Source of the DNA: Flavobacteriales bacterium
Lineage (GTDB): Bacteria > Bacteroidota > Bacteroidia > Flavobacteriales_F > PHOS-HE28
Direction of reading: 5' to 3'
DNA: 64,000 nucleotides
Assembly (NCBI GenBank): GCA_016703105.1
Contig: JADJCS010000020.1
Span: 179,924-243,923, forward strand
Below the pieces are notes generated by a model that was not told where the DNA came from, made no database searches, and worked only from the letters and a program-made list of their open reading frames with translations. Made by a program: the position numbers and the translations under genes. This document shows, one piece after another, positions 21,204-28,829 of the stretch; the stretch's first letter is position 1, and every line of letters begins with the position of its first letter.

Positions 21204-22328
21204 TCACCCTGCCACGCTCACGCCGACCAGCTTCCCGATGCCGAAGGTGACCGCCGCAGCGGCAAGGCCGAACAAGACCTGGCGCATACCGGAGAACCAG
21301 ACACCGCGCCCGGTGAATAGCGTGATGGCACTGCCGATGATGAACAATCCGGCCGCGCTCAATCCCAAGCTGATGAGGATGGCCAACATGCCACCCGTGA
21401 AGAAGAAGGGGATCACCGGAAGGATGGCACCCACCGCGAAGAGGAAGAAGGACGTGATGGCCGCTTCCCACGCCGAGCCCTTCAACTCCTCCGCATTGAT
21501 GCCCAGCTCTTCCTTCACCAAGAGCGCGTGCGCCTTGCCTTTGTCCGCGAGCGCCTCGCTGGCCAGTCGCTCGGACTCCGCTTCCGAAATGCCCTTCGCC
21601 ATGAAGATCAGCACGAGCTCCTTGCGCTCTCCTTCAGGGTTCGTTTCCAGTTCGGTCATCTCCAGCGCCATCTGTCGTTCGTAGAGTTCCTGCGAGCTCT
21701 TCACGCTGATCCACTCGCCGAGCGCCATGCTCAGCGCACCAGCGAGCAATCCGGCGAGGCCTGCCAACAACACGCCCTGATCACCGTCGGTCGCACCGGC
21801 AACACCCATCACCAGGCTCATGTTGCTCACCAGCCCGTCGTTGGCGCCGAGCACGGCTGCGCGCAGGGCGTTGCCACCCACGGTCTTGTGCTTGCCTTCT
21901 ATGCGGCCGAGTTCCTCTCCACCCATGCCGCGCTTGTTCGCCATCAGCGACTGCAGGATCAGCACGTGGTTGCGCTCCCCACCGCTCAAGGGGGTTCCGG
22001 TCTTCCGTTTCAACGATACGGTGGCCGACGCAAGGCCCTTCTCCACGTCCATGAGCTGGGCGATCACATGCCCGTAACCCATCCGCTTGCCGATGCGGTC
22101 GAGCATGCGCGCACGCCACGAAGGACCCGGTATTTCCTTCAGCGTCCCGTCCGCCTTCAATTGCGCGAAGGCATGTTCGGCATGACCGCGTTCGATGTCC
22201 GCCATTTCGCGGAAGAGCTTTGCCACTTGCCCGTCCTCCTCGTGGGCGGCGATGCGATCATAGAGGAAGGCCGCGTCCACTTCGGTGCGGAGACTTTCGA
22301 CGCGTAGGCGGAGCGATGGCGTGGACAT
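21204..22328 (-). CDS. MbfA-like iron transporter: N-terminal ferritin-like/erythrin domain fused to a VIT1/CCC1-family membrane domain
   Basis: 'ESLRTEVDAAFLYDRIA..EMADIERGHAEHAF' (ferritin-like), then 'ALRAAVLGANDGLVSNMSLVMGVAGA' and C-terminal TM helices typical of VIT1. Start taken at 'MSTPSLRL' (the track ORF extends to 22388). Confidence 0.8.
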   Translation of the reverse strand: MSTPSLRLRVESLRTEVDAAFLYDRIAAHEEDGQVAKLFREMADIERGHAEHAFAQLKADGTLKEIPGPSWRARMLDRIGKRMGYGHVIAQLMDVEKGLASATVSLKRKTGTPLSGGERNHVLILQSLMANKRGMGGEELGRIEGKHKTVGGNALRAAVLGANDGLVSNMSLVMGVAGATDGDQGVLLAGLAGLLAGALSMALGEWISVKSSQELYERQMALEMTELETNPEGERKELVLIFMAKGISEAESERLASEALADKGKAHALLVKEELGINAEELKGSAWEAAITSFFLFAVGAILPVIPFFFTGGMLAILISLGLSAAGLFIIGSAITLFTGRGVWFSGMRQVLFGLAAAAVTFGIGKLVGVSVAG

Positions 22329-22427
22329 GCGCACAAGGTCGGCAGGAATGTGCGGATCTCTGGCAGCGTGCCCATTCGAATGCGGCACTGACGATCGTCA
22401 CTACTTGACCCGCGTTGTGCACCTACT

Positions 22428-23027
22428 TTGACAAGCTGGTCAAAATTCAAAGGAGTGAAAGTGCCCTTGTTCATCAAGCATGTTCTCCCGTTCGCTGCGA
22501 TGTACGCGGTGATGGTGGCGGCGGCGATCCTTTTGGATCGCGGTCTGCACGCCATGGGGTTGGACCATGTGGGGCGTTATCTGGGCCCTGCGGGAACGGC
22601 GTTCATCGCGCTCTCGTTCGTGTATTCATTGCGCAAGCGGAAGATCATCCACTCCGGGCCACCCAGGACCTACCTCATGGTGCATGAGTATCTCGCTTGG
22701 GCCGGCTCGGTGATGATCCTGGTGCATGCCGGCATCCATTTCAACGCCCGCCTTCCCTGGCTGGCCACCTATATGCTACTGATCAGCGTGGCGAGCGGGC
22801 TTGTGGGCAAATACCTCCTGAAGAGCGCCGGTCATTCTTTGGAAGAACGACGACAGGAATTGATCGCGAGCGGATCTACCACCCCTGAAGTGGACAAGGA
22901 GCTCTTCTTCGATTCGGTGACGGTGAACGCCATGAAGCAATGGCGCGTGGTCCACCTGCCCATCGCGTTCACGCTGGGCTTCCTTACCCTGTTGCACGTG
23001 ATCACCGTCCTCATGTTCGGCAAATGA
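22428..23027 (+). CDS. Small polytopic membrane protein with conserved His residues (cytochrome-b-like/DUF4405-like module). Paralogous to the N-terminal part of 25019..25879. Start uncertain: TTG 22428, GTG 22461 after AGGAG, or ATG 22500.
   Basis: 5 predicted TM helices. Shared motifs with the paralog: 'Y..RKR', 'L..HE.L...G....L.H', 'SG.(V/I)G(K/R)(Y/F)', 'W.V.HLP.A'. The stop overlaps the start of the next cytochrome gene. Confidence 0.6.
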   Translation: MTSWSKFKGVKVPLFIKHVLPFAAMYAVMVAAAILLDRGLHAMGLDHVGRYLGPAGTAFIALSFVYSLRKRKIIHSGPPRTYLMVHEYLAWAGSVMILVHAGIHFNARLPWLATYMLLISVASGLVGKYLLKSAGHSLEERRQELIASGSTTPEVDKELFFDSVTVNAMKQWRVVHLPIAFTLGFLTLLHVITVLMFGK

Positions 23028-24040
23028 AGAAGGTCATCATCCTTGCCTTGATCGCGGCGTTCATCGGGCTGGTGTACCTGTTCCCGCACAGCATGCTCGA
23101 GCCCGGGGAACTGGTGGAAGGACACCAGAAGACCCGCGACAATTGTTTCTCCTGCCATCAGCCCTTCGGAGGTCTGCCCAATGCCAAGTGCATCGTCTGT
23201 CACACGGTTGGCGAGATCGGGAAGGATACACTGCTGAACACGGGACCGACGCTTTTCCATGAGGCGCTCAGCGGTATGGAGTGCGTGGAATGCCATAGCG
23301 AGCACATGGGGCGGAACGCGGACCTGACCATGGGCGGCTTCGAGCACGCACTGGTCCCAGCAGCCATAGTGGAGGACTGCAACCGTTGCCATGCGAAACC
23401 AACGGACGAACTGCACACGCCGCTGCCCAACAAATGCGCGGCCTGCCATGATACGCAGGGCTGGAAACCCGCACGCGAATTCGACCATTCCTTGCTGTCG
23501 GCAGCGAGTAAAAGCGATTGTGCGAGTTGCCACCAGCGCCCCACCGATACGCTACATGAACGCATGAAGGGCAATTGTGCCAGCTGCCACTCGACCACCG
23601 CATGGAAGCCCGCAACCTTCGATCATGCCGCTTTGTCCGCTGCGGAGAAGGACCATTGCGCAACCTGCCACCAACCGCCCAAGGATGCTTTCCACCAAGG
23701 CACCAAGGACAATTGCGCCAGTTGCCATGGCACGAACGCATGGTCGCCTTCCACGTTCGATCACTCGGCGTACTTCCGATTGGATGGCGACCACAACGCG
23801 AAGTGCGCCACCTGTCACCAAGCCAACAACTACGGCAGCTACACCTGCTACGGTTGCCACGAGCATACACCGGGCAATATCATCGGCGAGCACCAGGAAG
23901 AGGGGATCACGAACATCACCGACTGCGTGCGATGCCACCGCAGCGGTGATGAGGATGACATCCGCATGGATGGACGGTCCGGAAGCGAAGGCGGGGAAGG
24001 TGCCCGCAAAGGCCGTGATCGTGAAGGGGAGGACGATTGA
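23024..24040 (+). CDS. Multiheme c-type cytochrome, 12 CxxCH motifs in 338 aa, signal-anchored
   Basis: N-terminal TM/signal 'MKKVIILALIAAFIGLVYLF'. Twelve CxxCH (CFSCH, CIVCH, CVECH, CNRCH, CAACH, CASCH x3, CATCH x2, CYGCH, CVRCH) with repeated '(A/T)WKP.(T/R).FDH' spacing. Confidence 0.85.
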   Translation: MKKVIILALIAAFIGLVYLFPHSMLEPGELVEGHQKTRDNCFSCHQPFGGLPNAKCIVCHTVGEIGKDTLLNTGPTLFHEALSGMECVECHSEHMGRNADLTMGGFEHALVPAAIVEDCNRCHAKPTDELHTPLPNKCAACHDTQGWKPAREFDHSLLSAASKSDCASCHQRPTDTLHERMKGNCASCHSTTAWKPATFDHAALSAAEKDHCATCHQPPKDAFHQGTKDNCASCHGTNAWSPSTFDHSAYFRLDGDHNAKCATCHQANNYGSYTCYGCHEHTPGNIIGEHQEEGITNITDCVRCHRSGDEDDIRMDGRSGSEGGEGARKGRDREGEDD

Positions 24041-24058
24041 ACCGTGCCCCTGACCTGA

Positions 24059-24140
24059 CGGGCTTCCCGACGGCCGTGAAGCAGATGATCGAGGACCCCA
24101 GCAAGATGGTCTTCGGCGACATGGTGCCGGGGGATTGCAT
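24059..24140 (+). other. Non-coding remnant homologous to the 3' end of sucB (~80 nt, about 80-85% identity to 21040-21122), within a spurious ORF
   Basis: Translation '[21 protein letters not shown]' versus the sucB C-terminus '[21 protein letters not shown]'. At nucleotide level 'ggccgtgaagcagatgatcgagga' is identical in both. Confidence 0.55.
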
Positions 24141-24316
24141 TTCAGGTCGTAGGTCTTGGGTGGTTCTCTGCTGCTCGGAGGCATCGGGCAGCCCCTGTGT
24201 CCTTCCGGGGATCACATGTTCAGGGACCGATCCGTCCGGTTCCGTCGAAGGGAAATCCCGTTCGGGGGATATTGTCATGGAACTGCCATGGCTTGCTTCC
24301 TACCTTCGAGGCCGGT

Positions 24317-24703
24317 ATGAAGAACTTCGCGGCTTACCTCCTCATTCTCCATGTGCTGTTGAGCACTTGGGCGCCGGGCGGGCTTGCGGAGGTGGCACGC
24401 CTTCCTTCCCTTCAGAGCCATTACGCGGAGCACTTCCTGGAAAGCGGTGGCACCATGGGGTGGGGTGAGTTCCTGAAACTCCACTTCGCGGACCCGGAAC
24501 ATGAGCGCCAGGATGCGGACAGGCACAGTGCCTTGCCCTTCCATGGTCCTTCCATGGCCATGCACATGTTCCTGCCGCCGGCAGCATCGGCCAGTGCGAT
24601 ACCCGCCGTGGTGACCCCCCACGTCCGTCCTGGGACCCTAGCGGCCGAAGTGGGCCAGTGGCCCGGGCGATCGGTGTTCCATCCGCCCAAGTCGATCGGT
24701 TGA
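24317..24703 (+). CDS. Small His-rich exported/membrane-anchored protein (128 aa), paralog A of a pair ending in '...GQW.GRSVFHPPKSIG'
   Basis: N-terminal hydrophobic helix 'MKNFAAYLLILHVLLSTWA'. Motifs 'LQSHYAEHF', 'HFADPEHE', 'LPFHG' and a C-terminus identical to that of 38911..39300. Confidence 0.55.
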   Translation: MKNFAAYLLILHVLLSTWAPGGLAEVARLPSLQSHYAEHFLESGGTMGWGEFLKLHFADPEHERQDADRHSALPFHGPSMAMHMFLPPAASASAIPAVVTPHVRPGTLAAEVGQWPGRSVFHPPKSIG

Positions 24704-25018
24704 GGCGCGTGGGCAGGAACCCCCTGCCGCGCGGACAAGAGCCACTGCTGCTCGGCGGGTTCTTGAACAGTCGTCAACCGTCAATTCCAGTTCATGCGGA
24801 CCCTTGGGGCCATAGTCTTCAACATCATCTTGCTGCAACGCTGGTCCATGGCGATCATTCCGGTGCACTCGGCGAATATCTGCGATCTGGCGCCATGAGA
24901 GGTCGGACCTTCCCCCATATCCCGGCGTATGATGTTCGTTGTGTGGGCCGCATCGGATGCATGTGCATCGTAGCGTCATATTGGGAACGACTGAACCTAC
25001 CGGCTTGACAGGACATTC

Positions 25019-25879
25019 ATGACGCGCACCACCCACACCCTCTTCATCGGAACCATGTCGGCCATCGTCGTCGTGGTGACCGTGTATCTCTCGTACGTCG
25101 GCTGGTCCTACTACCAATTGCCGCTGGAGGAGCGATTCTATCACCCGCAGCACAACTGGTTCAAGCCGAGCGGCGCCTACGGCCATGGCATCGGTATCCT
25201 CGGCACCTTCCTCATCTTGTTCGGTGTGGTGATCTACATCGCGCGCAAACGCTACAACTTCATGACGAAGCAGCTCCGGCTGAAGTACCTGCTGGAGTTC
25301 CACATTTTCCTCTGCACGCTGGGGCCGATCCTCATCCTCTTCCACACGGCCTTCAAATTCGGCGGACTGGTCTCAGTGGCGTTCTGGAGCATGGTGGCCG
25401 TGGTTGCCAGCGGCGTCATCGGGCGCTTCATCTACATCCAGATACCGCGCACCGTGGAGGGTCGCGAACTCAGCCTGAACGAGGTGAAGGGTATGCGAGC
25501 CAAACTGGTCGAGAACCTGAAGCAGAGCGTTGGCCTCGACGAGCAACTGATCCCGTTGATCGTCGGCACCACGGACGGCGAGGGTGCTGCCGCAAAGCGC
25601 AGATCGTTCATTTCCAGGTACCTCGATGAACGCAAGGCCGTCGGTGTGATCCGGTCATCCTTGAAGGCGAAGAACATGGCGCGTGAGGAGCAGGCATCCA
25701 TCATCCGCATGGTGAAAGAAGAGTTCGCCTTGTCCCACCGGATCGGTCGATTGCTCACCATGCAGAAACTGTTCAAGTACTGGCATGTGGCGCACCTGCC
25801 CTTCGCGTTGATCATGCTCATCGTGCTCATCATACACGTGGCCGTTACGTTGTCCTTCGGATACAAGTGGATCTTCTGA
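25019..25879 (+). CDS. Polytopic membrane protein: cytochrome-b-like module (paralog of 22428..23027) with an inserted ~110-aa cytoplasmic segment and a final TM helix
   Basis: Aligns with 22428..23027 ('ARKRYNF', 'LLEFHIFLCTLGPILILFHT', 'ASGVIGRFI', 'WHVAHLPFAL'). Its stop overlaps the next start (TGATG). Confidence 0.7.
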   Translation: MTRTTHTLFIGTMSAIVVVVTVYLSYVGWSYYQLPLEERFYHPQHNWFKPSGAYGHGIGILGTFLILFGVVIYIARKRYNFMTKQLRLKYLLEFHIFLCTLGPILILFHTAFKFGGLVSVAFWSMVAVVASGVIGRFIYIQIPRTVEGRELSLNEVKGMRAKLVENLKQSVGLDEQLIPLIVGTTDGEGAAAKRRSFISRYLDERKAVGVIRSSLKAKNMAREEQASIIRMVKEEFALSHRIGRLLTMQKLFKYWHVAHLPFALIMLIVLIIHVAVTLSFGYKWIF

Positions 25880-27210
25880 TGGAAGTGCTGATCGAACAAA
25901 TAGCGATCTACGGTTCGGTGCTCCTGCTCTGCGGGCTCACCATCTTCTTCTACATGCGCAGCCTCAAAAAGAAGTCCGCGATCGTGGAGAAGAAAGTGGC
26001 CAAGGCCAAGGAGGAAGGCATGTTCGAGCCGGTATCGCTGCATCCGTACATCGACCTGAACACCTGCATCGGTAGTGCAGCGTGCGTGGCCGACTGTCCG
26101 GAAAAGGACATCCTCGGCATCGTGGACGGCAAGGCCACGGTGATCCTCGCCAGCAACTGCGTGGGCCATGGCGCTTGCTTCCACGCCTGCCCGGTGCAGG
26201 CCATCTCCCTGCGCATCGGCACCGAGACGCGCGGCATCGATCTGCCGCACGTGGATCAGACTTTCGAGACCAACATCAAAGGGATCTACATCGCGGGGGA
26301 GCTCGGCGGCATGGGTTTGATCAGGAATGGTGTGGAACAGGGTAAGCAGGCCATGGCGAATATCGCGAGCGCCAAGAAGCCCAGGGCCGAAGGCGTGCTC
26401 GATGTGGTGATCATCGGCGCCGGACCGGCCGGTATCTCGGCCACGTTGGAAGCGAAAAAGCAAGGCTTGACCAGCGCCACGTTGGAGCAGGATTCGCTCG
26501 GCGGCACCGTGTACACGTTCCCACGCTCCAAGCTCGTGATGACCTCACCGATGGACCTTCCATTGCATGGCAAGGTGAAGTTGTACGACACCACGAAGGA
26601 TGAACTGCTCCAGCTCTGGCGGAAGGTGATCAGTGAGCACAAGATCGAGATCACCGAGAACACGAAAGTGGATGCCATCGTGCCACAGAAGGACGGGACG
26701 TTCAAGCTGTCCACCAACGTGGGCAAGGACTATATCTGCAACAATGTTCTGTTGGCCATCGGCCGCCGCGGAACACCAAGAAAATTGGGCATACCCGGCG
26801 AAGAGTCGACCAAGGTGGCCTACCGGTTATTGGAACCCGAGAACATCGCTGGCAAGAAAGTCGTGGTTGTGGGCGGTGGTGATGCCGGTGTGGAATCCGC
26901 GATGCTGCTGATGAACGACAATGAAGTGCTCTTGGTCAATCGCAACGAGAATTTCGCGGGTATCAAACCCAAGAACCGTGAAGCAGTGACCGCAGCCATC
27001 GATGCCGGGAAAATGAAGGCGGTCTACAAGGCCAACTTGGTATCCATAGCACCGGAATCCGTGTTGTGCAAAGTGGGTGAAGACACGCAGCAACTGCCGA
27101 ACGACCTCGTGTACATTTTCGCTGGTGGTGAACTCCCTACCGGCTTCTTGCAGAAGGCCGGCATTGAGATCACAAAACGGTTCGGACATATCGTGAAGAA
27201 GCACACGTGA
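25879..27210 (+). CDS. Membrane-anchored FeS-flavoprotein: N-terminal TM helix, 2x ferredoxin-like cluster motifs, and a thioredoxin-reductase-like FAD/NAD(P)-binding pyridine nucleotide-disulfide oxidoreductase domain
   Basis: TM 'IAIYGSVLLLCGLTIFFYM'. 'CIGSAACVADCP' and 'CVGHGACFHACP' (non-canonical Cx2(S/H)x2Cx3CP). Two Rossmann motifs 'VVIIGAGPAGISA' and 'VVVVGGGDAGVESA'. Confidence 0.85.
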   Translation: MEVLIEQIAIYGSVLLLCGLTIFFYMRSLKKKSAIVEKKVAKAKEEGMFEPVSLHPYIDLNTCIGSAACVADCPEKDILGIVDGKATVILASNCVGHGACFHACPVQAISLRIGTETRGIDLPHVDQTFETNIKGIYIAGELGGMGLIRNGVEQGKQAMANIASAKKPRAEGVLDVVIIGAGPAGISATLEAKKQGLTSATLEQDSLGGTVYTFPRSKLVMTSPMDLPLHGKVKLYDTTKDELLQLWRKVISEHKIEITENTKVDAIVPQKDGTFKLSTNVGKDYICNNVLLAIGRRGTPRKLGIPGEESTKVAYRLLEPENIAGKKVVVVGGGDAGVESAMLLMNDNEVLLVNRNENFAGIKPKNREAVTAAIDAGKMKAVYKANLVSIAPESVLCKVGEDTQQLPNDLVYIFAGGELPTGFLQKAGIEITKRFGHIVKKHT

Positions 27211-28829
27211 GATCCCTCGCGACATACCTGTTCGTTGTGCTATCGCTGGTGGCGATGACAAGTCGTGCGCAATTGTCGCCGGGGGATCTGACCACCGCGC
27301 ATGCCAACTTGGAGGGCATGAGCAACTGCACGCAGTGCCACGATCTGGGCAACAAGGTGACGAACGCCAAGTGCCTGGAGTGCCATAAGGAGATCAAGTC
27401 GCTCATCACGCAGAAAAAGGGCTACCACGCAAGCAAGGACGTGAAGGCGAAGGATTGCTTCACCTGCCACAGCGAGCACCATGGACGGAAGTTCGAGATG
27501 GTGCGCTTCGATGAGAAGACGTTCGATCACGGGTTGACGGGCTATGCCCTCACCGGCGCGCACAAGCCCGTTGACTGCCGCGAATGCCACCTACCGGACA
27601 ACATCGCGGACAAGGAGTTGAAGAAGCGGGACAAGACCTTCCTCGGCCTGGACCAGAAGTGCCTTTCCTGTCACGACGACTTCCATCAGAGCACGATGGA
27701 CAAGGATTGCCTGAAGTGCCATACCATGACGGCATGGAAGCCGGCCAGCGTGTTCGATCACGACAAGACCGATTTCCCGCTCAAGGGAAAGCACATCCCT
27801 GTGGATTGCAAGGAATGTCACGCCATCACCACCAAGAACGGCAAGCAGTTCCAAGCGTTCGGCGATGTGCCCCACACGGATTGCAAGGCGTGCCACGATG
27901 ATCCGCACAACGCGCACTTCACCAACGCTTGCGCCCAGTGCCACACGGAGAACGCCTTCTCGACCTTCGCAGGGAAGGACCGCTTCGACCACAACACCAC
28001 GCCGTTCAAGTTGAACGGCAAGCACAAGACCACCGATTGCTTTGAATGCCACAAGCGCACCAGCGATCCGCTAACGGTCTTCCAGGACCGGGCCGGGGTG
28101 GCGATGAACCAATGTGCCACGTGCCACAAGGACCAGCACGATGGGAAGTTCGGCACGGACTGCGCGAAGTGCCACCAGGAGAAAGGCTGGGTCGCCGTGA
28201 AGTCGATGGACTTCTTCGATCACAGTGTCACCGACTTCCCATTGCAGGGAAAGCACGTTGACGTGGATTGCAAGAAGTGTCACAAAGGGCGGTACACCGA
28301 TCCGATCGTTTTCGTGGCGTGCAATAGCTGCCATGCTGACTTCCACAAAGGCGAGTTCGCTGAGAACGGTGTGTCGCCGGATTGCGTGGAGTGCCACTTC
28401 CTCACCGATGGGTTCGATGTGAGCATGTATTCCTTGGAGCAGCACGCCACAACGAAATTCCCGCTGGACGGGGCGCATGTGGCCACACCCTGCTCCGAAT
28501 GCCATTTGAACGAGAAATGGAAGAAAGGTGCCGAGAATTCGACCGGAGAGAAGTGGAAATTCCGCGAACTGGCAATGGCCTGCGCTGATTGCCACGACAA
28601 CGTGCACGGTGAAGAGTTCGCACAGTCAGGTATTACGGATTGCAAGCGTTGCCACGTTACCGGCGACTGGTTCCCCAGCTTGTTCGATCATACCAAGACG
28701 GCTTTTCCGCTGGAAGGTGAACACAAGACCGTGGATTGCCGGGAGTGCCACAAGAACCCTGCGGAGGGCAATGAGAAATTGGGGTCGTTCAAGATCGCGA
28801 AGTACCAATGCATAGACTGCCACAAATAG
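27207..28829 (+). CDS. Multiheme c-type cytochrome, 20 CxxCH motifs in 540 aa (GTG start overlapping the upstream stop)
   Basis: Signal peptide 'MRSLATYLFVVLSLVAMTSRAQ'. 20 CxxCH, about one per 27 aa, with a recurring 'FDH...FPL.G.H..V.C..CH' unit. Confidence 0.9.
   Translation: MRSLATYLFVVLSLVAMTSRAQLSPGDLTTAHANLEGMSNCTQCHDLGNKVTNAKCLECHKEIKSLITQKKGYHASKDVKAKDCFTCHSEHHGRKFEMVRFDEKTFDHGLTGYALTGAHKPVDCRECHLPDNIADKELKKRDKTFLGLDQKCLSCHDDFHQSTMDKDCLKCHTMTAWKPASVFDHDKTDFPLKGKHIPVDCKECHAITTKNGKQFQAFGDVPHTDCKACHDDPHNAHFTNACAQCHTENAFSTFAGKDRFDHNTTPFKLNGKHKTTDCFECHKRTSDPLTVFQDRAGVAMNQCATCHKDQHDGKFGTDCAKCHQEKGWVAVKSMDFFDHSVTDFPLQGKHVDVDCKKCHKGRYTDPIVFVACNSCHADFHKGEFAENGVSPDCVECHFLTDGFDVSMYSLEQHATTKFPLDGAHVATPCSECHLNEKWKKGAENSTGEKWKFRELAMACADCHDNVHGEEFAQSGITDCKRCHVTGDWFPSLFDHTKTAFPLEGEHKTVDCRECHKNPAEGNEKLGSFKIAKYQCIDCHK

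Noticed and set aside
21132-24058. Integrated mobile element carrying the 12-heme cytochrome (integrase or transposase expected)
   Set aside because: No integrase, transposase, inverted repeats or direct target-site duplications were found beyond the single sucB-3' remnant. It is kept only as a possible ancient insertion footprint, not called as a mobile element.
24037-24468. ORF 24037..24468 (143 aa) as a real gene
   Set aside because: Its only protein-like part is the ~25-aa stretch copying the sucB C-terminus; the rest is Gly/Ser/Cys-rich junk. It is interpreted as a non-coding sucB 3' remnant.
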